DNA of 64,000 bases from Candidatus Binatia bacterium (GTDB lineage: Bacteria > Desulfobacterota > Binatia > UBA12015), in NCBI GenBank assembly GCA_019749875.1, contig JAIEPK010000091.1:14398-78397 (forward strand), given 5' to 3'. Positions 34,790 to 44,163 of this stretch are shown one piece after another. The position numbers and the translations under genes are program-made. Position 1 is the first letter of the stretch; every line of letters starts with the position of its first letter. The notes beneath the pieces are model-generated. The model had not been told where the DNA came from. It saw only the letters and a program-made list of their open reading frames with translations, and searched no databases.

Positions 34790-37700
34790 ATCGCTCGCAA
34801 GAACCGCCGGCAGGCGACGCATCGCGGCCCAGCCAACCCGCCGCGACGCAGGGACATCGACGCAGACGCCCTCGCTGACCGCCTGCGCGCCATCGCGCGT
34901 GGCGAGCCGCTGAACGTCAAGAACGCGGACGTCGGCGATCCCCTGCGTGGATCCGTCCCTGTCTACGCCTGCGTGCACCTCATCGCGAGCAACCTCGCGA
35001 AGGCGCCGCTCGAGGTCTACCGCGGGAAGACCAAGCTCGAGAAGCACCCACTCGTGGACCTGCTGAAGCGGCCGAACAAGGCGATGCCGCGGCAGCGCTT
35101 CATCCACACGATCGCCACCCACGCGCTGCTCAACCCGAACGGCTACGTCTACATCGAGACGCGACATGGCGACGACCCGCGCAAGGGGCAGCCGGTCAAC
35201 CTGATCCCCCTGCCGCCAACGCGCGTCCGCGCGATCCGCCCGTCGACGAACCTCTACGACCTGGTCGGCTGGCGCTTCACCGGGGCGCAGGCGGTCGACC
35301 TGATTCCCGACGTCGTCGCACGCATCGAGGTCGCCCCGGACCCGGATGACCCCTACGCCGGCCTGCCGCCGCTCACGGCCGCGCGGCTGGCGGTCGAGAC
35401 CGACATCTACGCGGGCGAGCTCAACAAGGCGATCATCAAGAACGACGGTCGGCCCGCCGGCATCCTCCGCGTCACGGGCGACGAGGACCTGACGGACGAA
35501 GAGGTCGAGGAGATCCGTGCGCGCTGGAAAGAGGCGCACGGCAACCCGAACCTCGCGGGTGACGTCGCGGTCCTCATGGGCCGCATCGAGTGGCAGCAGA
35601 CGACCATCCCGCTGCGCGACATGCAGTTCATCGCCGGGCGGAAGTGGAACCTCGGCGAGACGGCGCGCGCGTTCAACGTGCCGCCCGTCTTCCTCGGCGA
35701 GTACGAGGCGTCGGGTCTCGCCGACGCCGGCATGCGCTTCTACTGGCGCATGCTCTACCAGACCGTCATCCAGCCGTTCAGCGAGCACATCCAGGGCGTG
35801 CTCACCGAGTCCCTGTGCCCTCGCTACGAGGACGACCTCTCGATCGTCTTCAACTGGGACAACGTCGAGGCGCTGCGCGACGACATGGTCGCGAAGATCG
35901 AGATGGCCAAGGGCCTCAAGGAGCTCGGCTACACGCCGAACGAGATCGCCGAGATCTGCGACCTACCGCCGCAGGACCAGCCGCGCGGCGACGTCGCCTG
36001 GGTGCCGGCCGGAATGGTCCCGGCCGAGATCGCGATCGAGCAGGCCGAGCTGCCTGACGACCCGCTCCCGACCGGCCCCGGCGGCTTGACGCCGCTGCCG
36101 CCTGCGCCGGGTGAGGAGCCCGAGCTCGTGCTCGAGCCGATCCCCGATGCGCCCGTCAAGATTTCGCGGGCGAAGATGACGCGTGCTCGCATCTGGCAGC
36201 GCCACCTGAAGGTCACGAACCCCTTCGAGAAGCGCGTCCTCAGCAGGCTCCGCGGCAACCTACAGAAGCAGCGCGCGCGCGTGCTCGACGCGATGGAGAC
36301 GAAGGCGAAGGGCCTGCCGCTGGGCCTCTCGATTGCTGGCCCCGCAGAACTGGCGCGAGCACTCGACCCGGACTGCCCAGTGTCCGATACGGCCGGAGAG
36401 CCGCTCACGCTCGGAGCGAGGCTCTACCGGGCGGCGCAGGTCGCCATCCGCGAGGCGAAGCGCGGCGAGCACCGGCTCGAGACCATGGCTCGCGAGCTGA
36501 TGAACGTGCGCGTGATGCTGCGCGACCACGGGCCGGGTGCGGTGCTGCGCGAGCTCGATGCGCTGCGGCGGCTGGTCGTCATGGCGCGCGCCGCGGACGA
36601 CGCGGCCGACGAGTTCGACGCGGACGCCTACGCGCGCTCGATCGAGCTCCTGCTGCGCCAGGCGTTCCGCGCGGGCGGCACCGACGCGGGTGAGCAGCTG
36701 CTCGACCTGAGCATCATCAACGACAACGCCGTCAAGGAGTACGCGAAGGAGCTGCCGAAGCTCGCAGAGACGTACTTCGACCACCGCCTCGGAGAGCTGG
36801 TGCAGATCGGCGAGCGCGTGAAGGAGCGGCTCCGGGACACGATCCTGGAGGGCCTGTCCCTCGGCGACACACTCGATCAGCTCATGGACCGCGTCCGCGA
36901 CACGTTCGACGCGTCGGCGTCCCGAGCGCGGACGGTGGCGAGGACCGAGTCCCACACCGCCGTGAACAGCGGCAAGTTCGAGACCTACAAGACGCAGAAC
37001 GCGCAGGGCGAGAACGAGTGGGTGACGGCGAAAGACGCGCACGTCCGCCGGTCGCACCAGATCGACGGCGAGCGTCGGCGCACGGGCGAGAAGTTCCCGA
37101 ACGGCTGCCGGTACCCGGGCGACCGTGCGGCGCCCGCGCGCGAGGTCTGCAACTGCTTCCTGCCTGGGACACAGATCAGCGGAGCGATCGTTGCGGCCCT
37201 ACGCGCCAGCTATTCTGGGCCAGCCGTCGAGATCGTAACCCGGAATGGCCATCGGCTGTGCGTCACCGCTCAGCACCCCGTACTCGGGGCGGAGGGGCCG
37301 GTCGCCGCTGCGAGACTTCGCGTAGGCGACCACCTTCTGGCCTACGGCACGAACATCGACGTGGCGTCCGCGAACGAGGAAGACGGATGCGCCAGCGTCG
37401 AGGATGTTTTCGATGCGATGGGGGGACATGAATCCGTTCTTCAAGCCTCCGCGGTGGATTTCCACGGCGACGGCCGCTTCGTCGAGCAGAAGGTCGACGT
37501 ACGCTCCCGCTACCATCGACTGCTGCGTGACGACGAGACCCTGGTCGCGAACGAACGTGGCGAGCTCGTTCTCGTAACGGCCGATTCGCCCCGTGGCGGC
37601 GCGGTTGGCGGCGGCGACCTGACGACGCCTCTGCTCGACGTCCATGGTGCTCCACTTCGCGCGCTCCGCGTCGGACCGGCCGCGCTGCTTGATGCCCGCC

Positions 37701-38086
37701 TTCCGCAGCCTGAGCGTGACGACGTGTCGCGCAACTCCGAACGAGTCCGCGAGCGACTTGACGCTCTCGCCGGAGGAGAATCGCCGAACGATCTCGGTGT
37801 CATCGAGGTGTCGACGACGGATACAGGCCTCGACGCCGGCAGCGGCCAGCTTTCTCCAGAGTGTCGAGCAGCCTACGCCAGCTTCGCGAGCGAGCTCCGG
37901 GACCGGAGTTCCGGCGCGGTAGCGCTCGATGAGGTGGTCGAGGTTCGGCACTTCCACTTTTCGGGACACGTCTACGACCTCCAATCGACAACCGGTTACG
38001 TAGCGGCCGGCGGAATCATCAGCAAGCAGTGCCGCTGCACCATCATCCCGGTCTCGGCCATCGACTACCAGCTCGAGGCCGCGTGA
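34790..38086 (+). CDS. Portal protein fused to MuF/SPP1 gp7-like minor head domain, intein-containing
   Basis: VYACVHLIA, PLVDLLKRPN, NGYVY, PAGIL, ARAFNVPP and YTPNEI portal motifs; RARTVARTE, WVT..D..VRRSH, YPGD and NCRC MuF motifs. First canonical start is 34973; probable ATC start at 34790. Confidence 0.9.
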   Translation: MARKNRRQATHRGPANPPRRRDIDADALADRLRAIARGEPLNVKNADVGDPLRGSVPVYACVHLIASNLAKAPLEVYRGKTKLEKHPLVDLLKRPNKAMPRQRFIHTIATHALLNPNGYVYIETRHGDDPRKGQPVNLIPLPPTRVRAIRPSTNLYDLVGWRFTGAQAVDLIPDVVARIEVAPDPDDPYAGLPPLTAARLAVETDIYAGELNKAIIKNDGRPAGILRVTGDEDLTDEEVEEIRARWKEAHGNPNLAGDVAVLMGRIEWQQTTIPLRDMQFIAGRKWNLGETARAFNVPPVFLGEYEASGLADAGMRFYWRMLYQTVIQPFSEHIQGVLTESLCPRYEDDLSIVFNWDNVEALRDDMVAKIEMAKGLKELGYTPNEIAEICDLPPQDQPRGDVAWVPAGMVPAEIAIEQAELPDDPLPTGPGGLTPLPPAPGEEPELVLEPIPDAPVKISRAKMTRARIWQRHLKVTNPFEKRVLSRLRGNLQKQRARVLDAMETKAKGLPLGLSIAGPAELARALDPDCPVSDTAGEPLTLGARLYRAAQVAIREAKRGEHRLETMARELMNVRVMLRDHGPGAVLRELDALRRLVVMARAADDAADEFDADAYARSIELLLRQAFRAGGTDAGEQLLDLSIINDNAVKEYAKELPKLAETYFDHRLGELVQIGERVKERLRDTILEGLSLGDTLDQLMDRVRDTFDASASRARTVARTESHTAVNSGKFETYKTQNAQGENEWVTAKDAHVRRSHQIDGERRRTGEKFPNGCRYPGDRAAPAREVCNCFLPGTQISGAIVAALRASYSGPAVEIVTRNGHRLCVTAQHPVLGAEGPVAAARLRVGDHLLAYGTNIDVASANEEDGCASVEDVFDAMGGHESVLQASAVDFHGDGRFVEQKVDVRSRYHRLLRDDETLVANERGELVLVTADSPRGGAVGGGDLTTPLLDVHGAPLRALRVGPAALLDARLPQPERDDVSRNSERVRERLDALAGGESPNDLGVIEVSTTDTGLDAGSGQLSPECRAAYASFASELRDRSSGAVALDEVVEVRHFHFSGHVYDLQSTTGYVAAGGIISKQCRCTIIPVSAIDYQLEAA
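37154..38029 (+). mobile_element. Intein (292 aa, Cys1...Lys-Gln/Cys+1) in the MuF NCRC motif
   Basis: Block A CFLPGTQI, block B VTAQHPVL, block F VYDLQS, block G IISKQ/C; excision restores EVCN-CRCTII. Confidence 0.88.
37199..37969 (-). CDS. HTH-HTH + Vsr/DUF559-like endonuclease, antisense inside the intein
   Basis: GGAGGT 7 nt before GTG; two HTH repeats (RYRAGTPVPELAREAGVGCSTLWRKL, RFSSGESVKSLADSFGVARHVVTLRL); E.ELA......G....Q......VDLL......VEI.......R...L..G..VF. Confidence 0.8.
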   Translation of the reverse strand: MSRKVEVPNLDHLIERYRAGTPVPELAREAGVGCSTLWRKLAAAGVEACIRRRHLDDTEIVRRFSSGESVKSLADSFGVARHVVTLRLRKAGIKQRGRSDAERAKWSTMDVEQRRRQVAAANRAATGRIGRYENELATFVRDQGLVVTQQSMVAGAYVDLLLDEAAVAVEIHRGGLKNGFMSPHRIENILDAGASVFLVRGRHVDVRAVGQKVVAYAKSRSGDRPLRPEYGVLSGDAQPMAIPGYDLDGWPRIAGA

Positions 38087-38185
38087 CGCCTACGACTCCC
38101 CGGCCCTGAGCCGGTTGCCTCGGCCTACAAGGTCGAGGCCGTCCCCTTCGCCCCCCGACCCGCACGACAGACGAAGGGGCGACAC

Positions 38186-40015
38186 ATGCTGCCGGCGCAC
38201 TACGGCATCGACAAGAACAGCGGGAACCTGCAGCGCGACCTGGGCGACCAGCGACGCGTCATGCTCATCCGCGGCGAGCCGCAGCGCGTGCGGACCCTCA
38301 ACGCGAAGGAGCGCGTGCTGCGCTTCATCGTTTGCACCGAGGGCGTCAAGCGCGACGGCCACAAGGTCCGCATCGGCGACCTGAACAAGGGCGACACGTA
38401 CGGCTTCGACTTCACGAACTTCGCGAAGAACCCCGTCGCGCTCTGGACCCACGACTACGGCGCCGAGGGTCGTCCGCCGCTCATGCCCGTCGGCGCGTGG
38501 CGCAACTGGGTGGTCGAGGTCGAGAACGGCAAGCGCCAGCTCGTTGCCGACCTGAAGTTCGCGTCGCACCAGATGGCGTCGGACCTCTACCAGCTCTACC
38601 TGCCCGAGGAGGAGGGCGGCGACGGCTGCGGGCATGCGTGTTCGATCGGCTGGGTGCCGCTCACCTGGGAGGAGATGCGCTCGGCAAACGGCGCGTACAT
38701 CGGGCACGACTTCCTCACCGGCGAGATGCTCGAGATCAGCCCGTGCGGCATCCCGGCAGACCCGGACGCGACGCTCAAGAAGCTCTCGCGGGCGATGAAC
38801 GCGGGGCGCGTCTCGAGAGAGACCGTCGAGCGCCTCGCGGACTGGGGCATGTTGCCGAAGAAGCTGCGCGGCTACGCCTACGTGCTGGATCATCGCTCCG
38901 CGGACGCGGCACACACGCGAGCCATGACCAAGGGCGACCGCGTCAAGGTGAAGGCGGGTAAAGAGCACGACGCCATGACCAAGGGTGCCGCCGGCGAAGT
39001 CGTCGAGGTGAGCACGTCTGCGCTCGGGATCAAGTTCGACGGCATGGACGGTGTCCACCGGTGGTACGTCGAGTCGGAACTCGAGGCTGCTGACGACAAC
39101 CCCGAGCAGATCGAGGGCGACGAGATGTCGCGCGCGATCGCGGCACTGCTCGATGACGAGTCGGCACACGGCAACACGGGCGACAAGTCGACGATCGACA
39201 ACACGGAGAGTCGCGACGTCGCGACCGAGGGCGGCGGCAAGCAGTCCGAGGCGTCCCCCACCGCCGAGGTCAGGCACGGCATCTTCTGGACCGAGGTCTG
39301 CCGTACGATCGCATTCTCGTTCGGCACCGTCGCTCGGGGGCAGATGTCCGACGCGATGGACCAAGCGAAGGATCGGGCCTGCGCCCTGCACTCGCAGCTC
39401 TACGGCGTGCTGGACCAGCTCTCGTGGGAGATCACGACGCTCTTCGTGAAGGGCCGCGACATGATCGGGATCGAGGCCGCGCCGAGCTACCCGACGGATG
39501 ACGACTGGGCGCGACGCTGCGTCAAGCGCGGTGCGGCCCTGGCCGCGTCCCTGTCCGACACGTTCGCCGAGATGGAGGACATCATGGCCGGCGAGGCCGG
39601 AGCCGAGGGCGAGCCCGAGACCGCCAGCGCCGATGCGCCGCTCACCCGCGTCGGCAAGAAGCTCGCGAGCAAGACGCCAGAGGGCGAGGACCAGGACGAG
39701 CCCGAGACGCCCGACGAGGAGGACGACGAGGACGAGGACCCCGAGAAGACCCTCGCGCTCGAGCTGGGCGACGTCATGGAGCGTGCCACCGCGAAGATCC
39801 GCGGCGAGCAGCCGGGCGCGCACGGCGATCACAGGGAATGGCTCGACGACGACCGCCTTGCCCGCTTCGCGAAGGCGCTCGGACGCAACGAGAAGTCCAG
39901 CGTCAAGGACGACGAGCCCATCGGCACGCGCGCGGATTTCGCGGACATCCTCCTTTCTATTGATCGCGTCTCGGCCAAGCTCGGTTCAGGCCGATCGGCG
40001 CGCGGCGGCAACTGA
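38186..40015 (+). CDS. HK97-type prohead protease with long C-terminal extension
   Basis: KNPVALWTHDY, PVG, CSIGWVP and LEISPCGIPADPDA motifs; acidic scaffold-like tail. Confidence 0.85.
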   Translation: MLPAHYGIDKNSGNLQRDLGDQRRVMLIRGEPQRVRTLNAKERVLRFIVCTEGVKRDGHKVRIGDLNKGDTYGFDFTNFAKNPVALWTHDYGAEGRPPLMPVGAWRNWVVEVENGKRQLVADLKFASHQMASDLYQLYLPEEEGGDGCGHACSIGWVPLTWEEMRSANGAYIGHDFLTGEMLEISPCGIPADPDATLKKLSRAMNAGRVSRETVERLADWGMLPKKLRGYAYVLDHRSADAAHTRAMTKGDRVKVKAGKEHDAMTKGAAGEVVEVSTSALGIKFDGMDGVHRWYVESELEAADDNPEQIEGDEMSRAIAALLDDESAHGNTGDKSTIDNTESRDVATEGGGKQSEASPTAEVRHGIFWTEVCRTIAFSFGTVARGQMSDAMDQAKDRACALHSQLYGVLDQLSWEITTLFVKGRDMIGIEAAPSYPTDDDWARRCVKRGAALAASLSDTFAEMEDIMAGEAGAEGEPETASADAPLTRVGKKLASKTPEGEDQDEPETPDEEDDEDEDPEKTLALELGDVMERATAKIRGEQPGAHGDHREWLDDDRLARFAKALGRNEKSSVKDDEPIGTRADFADILLSIDRVSAKLGSGRSARGGN

Positions 40016-40099
40016 GCCGCAGACGCGCGCAGACGACTCGACCATCACCGCCCCGACTTCCGGCCCCACGACCCGCCACCTGTTGCGCCGCACGGCGCC

Positions 40100-41380
40100 A
40101 TGGAGTCCGGGCAAATGCCGGAAGTCGTTGTCAAGAAGACCGACGAGGTCGCGAAGCTCCGCGCGTTCGTCGAGATGGTCGAGGGCGAGCTGCCCAACCG
40201 CATCACCAAGGAGCAGGCCGAGGAGATGGTCCGCGACGGCGTCAAGAGCGCCATGGCGGACTACGAGGCCAACATCGAGGCGCGGGTCATCGAGCGCATC
40301 AAGGCGGCCGACAAGATCGGTGCGGCCCCCGGCGAGCGCGTGTTCGTCGCCGGCGGCGAGCGCGAGCACGACCTGCCGCTGCGTCAGCTCGGCGACGTCA
40401 TCATCGCCGCCCGCTCGCTCACCCGCGAGGGCCGTCTGCCCAGCGAGAAGATGCTGCGCTATCTGAAGCGCGACATGCTCGAGGGCACCGGGACGCATCC
40501 CCTGGTGCCGGTCGTCACCGCCGACGGCGTCATTCGCTTCATCGGCGAACGGTCGATCATCCGCGGCATCGCCCGGATGATGCAGATGACGACCGATCAG
40601 ATCGTTCTGCCGATCGAGGACGAGAAGGGCGACGCGTACTTCCCCGCCGAGAACGTCGACGCCACGGCGAGTGACATCACCTTCAAGCCCAAGGACGAGT
40701 CGATCCTGCAGGCCGAGTCGGTCGTCGTGCACCGCGTGGTGTCGCGCGACCTCTCGGACGACGCGCTGATCGCGATTGCGCCGTACATCGCCGAGGTGTC
40801 GGCGGAGCGCATCGCGCGCGCCGAGAACCTGCAGGCGTTCGTCGGCTCGGGCTCGCCCTTCACCGGCGTCGTGAACACCTCGGGCGTGCCGGTCGTGCAG
40901 CTCTCGGACGGCAAGACGTCGTTCGGGGACCTCGAGTGGGACAACCTCGCCGAGGCGGAGTTCCAGGTCGACGAGGACGCGCTGGGCGACCTGACCTGGA
41001 TCACGAGCAAGGCCGCGTTCCTCGAGGCCTTCCGGATGAAGAACGACCAGGGCAACCCGATCTGGGCGACCCAGTGGTCGGCGGGCCTGCCGACGGTCGG
41101 CAACATGCCGAAGCCGCGCGAGAACCGTCCGGGCCTGCTCTCGGGTTACCCAGCCTACATCACCAAGACGATGCCGACGAACGCGCCGGGGGCGGTCTCG
41201 TTCATCATCGGCTCGTTCATGCAGGGCTTCGTGTTCGGCGACCGTCGCTCGCTCGAGGTCGAGTGGGACGACAGCATCTACCGCAAGAAGCGGAAGAGCG
41301 CCGTCTTCTTCTCGGAGCGCATCGGCATGAAGGTCACGCTGCCGAAGGCGTTCTGCATCGTCAAGAACGCCGACAGCTGA
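40100..41380 (+). CDS. Major capsid protein (HK97 fold)
   Basis: LVP...VI, AE, VSRDLSDD, F.GSG..FTGV, KNDQGNPIW, L.GYP and ERIG..V..P.AF motifs. Confidence 0.9.
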   Translation: MESGQMPEVVVKKTDEVAKLRAFVEMVEGELPNRITKEQAEEMVRDGVKSAMADYEANIEARVIERIKAADKIGAAPGERVFVAGGEREHDLPLRQLGDVIIAARSLTREGRLPSEKMLRYLKRDMLEGTGTHPLVPVVTADGVIRFIGERSIIRGIARMMQMTTDQIVLPIEDEKGDAYFPAENVDATASDITFKPKDESILQAESVVVHRVVSRDLSDDALIAIAPYIAEVSAERIARAENLQAFVGSGSPFTGVVNTSGVPVVQLSDGKTSFGDLEWDNLAEAEFQVDEDALGDLTWITSKAAFLEAFRMKNDQGNPIWATQWSAGLPTVGNMPKPRENRPGLLSGYPAYITKTMPTNAPGAVSFIIGSFMQGFVFGDRRSLEVEWDDSIYRKKRKSAVFFSERIGMKVTLPKAFCIVKNADS

Positions 41381-41450
41381 CCGGCGGGCGGCGGCGGGCT
41401 TCCTCCGGGCTCGCCGCCGCCATGACCCGCGATCGCTTCAGCGGCGCGGT

Positions 41451-41486
41451 GCGGGGCCGTCCTTCGGGGCGGCCCTTGCTTTTTTG
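41451..41486 (+). terminator. Rho-independent terminator after the capsid gene
   Basis: GGGGCCGTCC-TTCG-GGGCGGCCCT stem followed by a T-tract. Confidence 0.8.
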
Positions 41487-41594
41487 TGAGGGCCCCTTTC
41501 CGAACGTCCGCACCCTGCCGTAAAGGCCGCGCGCATCGGGACGGGGACCGCCTGGACAGCGGCCCTGAGGGCTCGAGACGCGGGGAGGTGGGGG

Positions 41595-42038
41595 ATGCAG
41601 CAGGGGATGCTGCGCGTGCGCACGAGGCAAGACGTGCGCACCAGTCGGGGGGTGCTGTGCGGTGGCTTCGTCGTCGAGCTGCCGGAGGACGAGGCGAGAG
41701 ACCTCATCAGCCGGAAGCTCGCCAGCGAGGTCGCCGATCGGCGCCGCGGTGACGGCCGCGAGGCGCCCGCCGGGCGCCCGGAAGGCGTCAAGCAGTCGCC
41801 GGGGGCGCCACTGCGCGAGAGCCCACGCGACGCGTTCCTGCGCAACGGCGATGCGGCCGGCGACACGCAGGACCCGCTGGGCACCTTCGAGCCGCAGCCC
41901 GGATCGGCGGAAGACTTCGACGCGCCACGCCTCGGCTACCGTGGCGACTCGTTCGATGCGCCGGTCGAAAGTCGCGACGTCGCGACCGTGTCGCGCGAGC
42001 CCGTCAAGCGGCGCGGCGGAAGGAAGCGCTCGCGGTGA
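41595..42038 (+). CDS. Hypothetical head-region protein
   Basis: Position after the capsid gene; G.VVELPEDEARDLI...LA motif with a disordered tail. Confidence 0.6.
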   Translation: MQQGMLRVRTRQDVRTSRGVLCGGFVVELPEDEARDLISRKLASEVADRRRGDGREAPAGRPEGVKQSPGAPLRESPRDAFLRNGDAAGDTQDPLGTFEPQPGSAEDFDAPRLGYRGDSFDAPVESRDVATVSREPVKRRGGRKRSR

Positions 42039-43012
42039 AGCTCCGACTGCTCTACCCGAAGTCGCTCTTTCGCATCGGCGCCGAGCTCCGCATGGCGCTC
42101 GAGCAGGGCGGCGTCGAGATCGCCAGCAAGGCAGACGTCGCCCTGCACCTCTCGACGACGTCGGACTTTGACCCCGTCCCCGATGCGCGGAACGTGCTGT
42201 GGGCGACGGACGTCACGACACCCGATCTGTCACCCGGGGCGGTCGCGCGGCTGCGCGTCGCGGACGCGATCCTGGCGACGGGCTCGATGCTGCGCGAGCT
42301 GCTGATGCCCGTCACCCAGAACTGCTGCGTGCTGAGTACGATCGTGCCGCTCGGCTTCGCGCCCAGCGCCTTCCGCCCGGTACTGCGCACCGATGCGCCG
42401 CGCACGCAGGCGTCGCCGCTTCGCGTGCTCTGGGTCGGCGACCTGGATCCGCGTGGTGACCTGGGCCTACTCGGTGCGCTCTGGGCCGAGCGCTTCGCCG
42501 ACCAGCCGTGGATCACGCTGACCGTCGCCGCGCCGGGCGTGAAGCCGGAGCACAAGGGCAACGTGCACTTCGCGCCAACGCCCCTCGCGCCACGATCGCG
42601 AGTCAGCCTGTTGCGCAGCCATCACGTCATGGTGTCGTTCGGCCACCTCGACCGTGCCGGGCTGACCGAGCTCGAGGCGTTGGCGACGGGCCTGCCGCTC
42701 GTCACGTCGGCATGGGCGCCCCCGCTCGACTACCCGCTGCACGACTGCGCGGAGGTGGTCGACTACGAGGTCGACTACGACCGCCACGGCAACGAGGTGG
42801 TGACGGCGAACCCCGGCGAGCTGGGCCGTCGCCTCGAGCGCGTCGTGCGCAACTACGACGACGCCGCGTGGCGTGCGTTCGATGCGGTGCGCATCCGCCC
42901 GTTCGCCGTCGAGCCCCGGATCCTCGACGCGTTCCGGTGGCCGGCGGTGATCGAGCAGCTGAAGCGTGCGCTGGCCGAGACGCTCAGCGGCGATGCGAGG
43001 GCCGCAGCGTGA
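42035..43012 (+). CDS. Glycosyltransferase family 4-like (GT-B)
   Basis: IVPLG, VLWVG and GLTELEALATGLPLVTS motifs. Confidence 0.75.
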   Translation: MKLRLLYPKSLFRIGAELRMALEQGGVEIASKADVALHLSTTSDFDPVPDARNVLWATDVTTPDLSPGAVARLRVADAILATGSMLRELLMPVTQNCCVLSTIVPLGFAPSAFRPVLRTDAPRTQASPLRVLWVGDLDPRGDLGLLGALWAERFADQPWITLTVAAPGVKPEHKGNVHFAPTPLAPRSRVSLLRSHHVMVSFGHLDRAGLTELEALATGLPLVTSAWAPPLDYPLHDCAEVVDYEVDYDRHGNEVVTANPGELGRRLERVVRNYDDAAWRAFDAVRIRPFAVEPRILDAFRWPAVIEQLKRALAETLSGDARAAA

Positions 43013-43311
43013 CCCGCGCACGAGACGTCATCGCGGAGCGGCTCCACCTCGATCGCGCCGCCGACTGGCGGCTGGGTGCGAGGGCGGTGCTCGTCTTCAC
43101 GCGCTCCGGGTCGGTCTATCAGGTCGACACGCAGGGCACCGTGCGCGGCGGATCGCTCGGCACCGAGAACGGCCGGCTCCAGGGGGCGGTCTACAGCACG
43201 GGTGGGCCGCTCAGGCCGGGCGAGATCGTGGTCGGGCTGTCCATGGAGATCGTCACGCACCGCAACGTCGTCACCACGACGCGCGTCGAGCGGGTGGAGG
43301 ACGCGGAATGA
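43009..43311 (+). CDS. Hypothetical protein
   Basis: Coupled; FTRSGSVY...TTTRVERV beta-rich sequence. Confidence 0.6.
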   Translation: MTRARDVIAERLHLDRAADWRLGARAVLVFTRSGSVYQVDTQGTVRGGSLGTENGRLQGAVYSTGGPLRPGEIVVGLSMEIVTHRNVVTTTRVERVEDAE

Positions 43312-43730
43312 AGGTCCCCGGAGCACCGGAGCTGCGGATTCGCCACGACGGGTCGACTCGCATCGTCAGCGGACCGGCGACATCAGTTTGCGTCGACGTT
43401 GGCGGAGAGCTTGCCCAGCCGATCGTTCGCTCGGTCGACTACTTCGTCGGCACGGCCGGCGACCGGCGCGGGCAGCCGTGTGTCCTCGTCGAGTGGGGCG
43501 GCTTCTCGTCGAACCTCGAGGTCGTCGCCGAGCTGGCCGAGCCGATCCCCGAGCACGAGCACGTGCAGCGCGTCTACGTGCTGTGCCTCGGGCTGTCGCG
43601 ACGGACGAAGGTCTGCGACGCCGACACAGGCGAGGAGATCCTCGTCACCGGCGTGCGCGTCAAGCTGGTCGCCGGTGAGCCGGCGCTCGCGTGGGTGGAC
43701 CCGTGGGTCGACCCGAAAGGAGAGCAATGA
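43308..43730 (+). CDS. Hypothetical protein
   Basis: GGAGG RBS; ATGA coupling. Confidence 0.6.
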   Translation: MKVPGAPELRIRHDGSTRIVSGPATSVCVDVGGELAQPIVRSVDYFVGTAGDRRGQPCVLVEWGGFSSNLEVVAELAEPIPEHEHVQRVYVLCLGLSRRTKVCDADTGEEILVTGVRVKLVAGEPALAWVDPWVDPKGEQ

Positions 43731-44014
43731 AACCGTTCAGCATCTTGACGTCCATCACCGACCCCGTGCAGGGCTCCGGCAAGCTCGAGCTGACCAGCCG
43801 CGGGAAGATGCGGATCGAGTACGAGATCGACCTCGCCGGCGACATCGTCGACGCGGCGATGTCGGGTGACCCCAACGTCGGTAATCGTCTGCGCCAGAGC
43901 ATCCCGGCGGCGCTTAGCCAGCTCACGCAGAACCTGTTCGGTCAGCTCGCGCAGGGCCATCCGGCGCAGAAGGCCGGGCACCTCGCCGTCGTACCGAACC
44001 GCCTCGACACGTGA
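43727..44014 (+). CDS. Hypothetical protein
   Basis: AAGGAG RBS; coupled. Confidence 0.6.
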   Translation: MKPFSILTSITDPVQGSGKLELTSRGKMRIEYEIDLAGDIVDAAMSGDPNVGNRLRQSIPAALSQLTQNLFGQLAQGHPAQKAGHLAVVPNRLDT

Positions 44015-44163
44015 ACCCGCTTCGCTACGTCGGCTGGTACGTCGCGGCGCTGGTGTTCGCGGCCGGCGGCCGGATGCTGCGGCCTGGTGCTGATCCGAAG
44101 GACGAGGCGGTCGCGGCCATCGCGTTCGCGAACCGGCTGATGGGCTACGACGATGACGAGTGA
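44011..44163 (+). CDS. Small membrane protein
   Basis: GTGA coupling; hydrophobic N-terminus. Confidence 0.5.
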   Translation: MNPLRYVGWYVAALVFAAGGRMLRPGADPKDEAVAAIAFANRLMGYDDDE

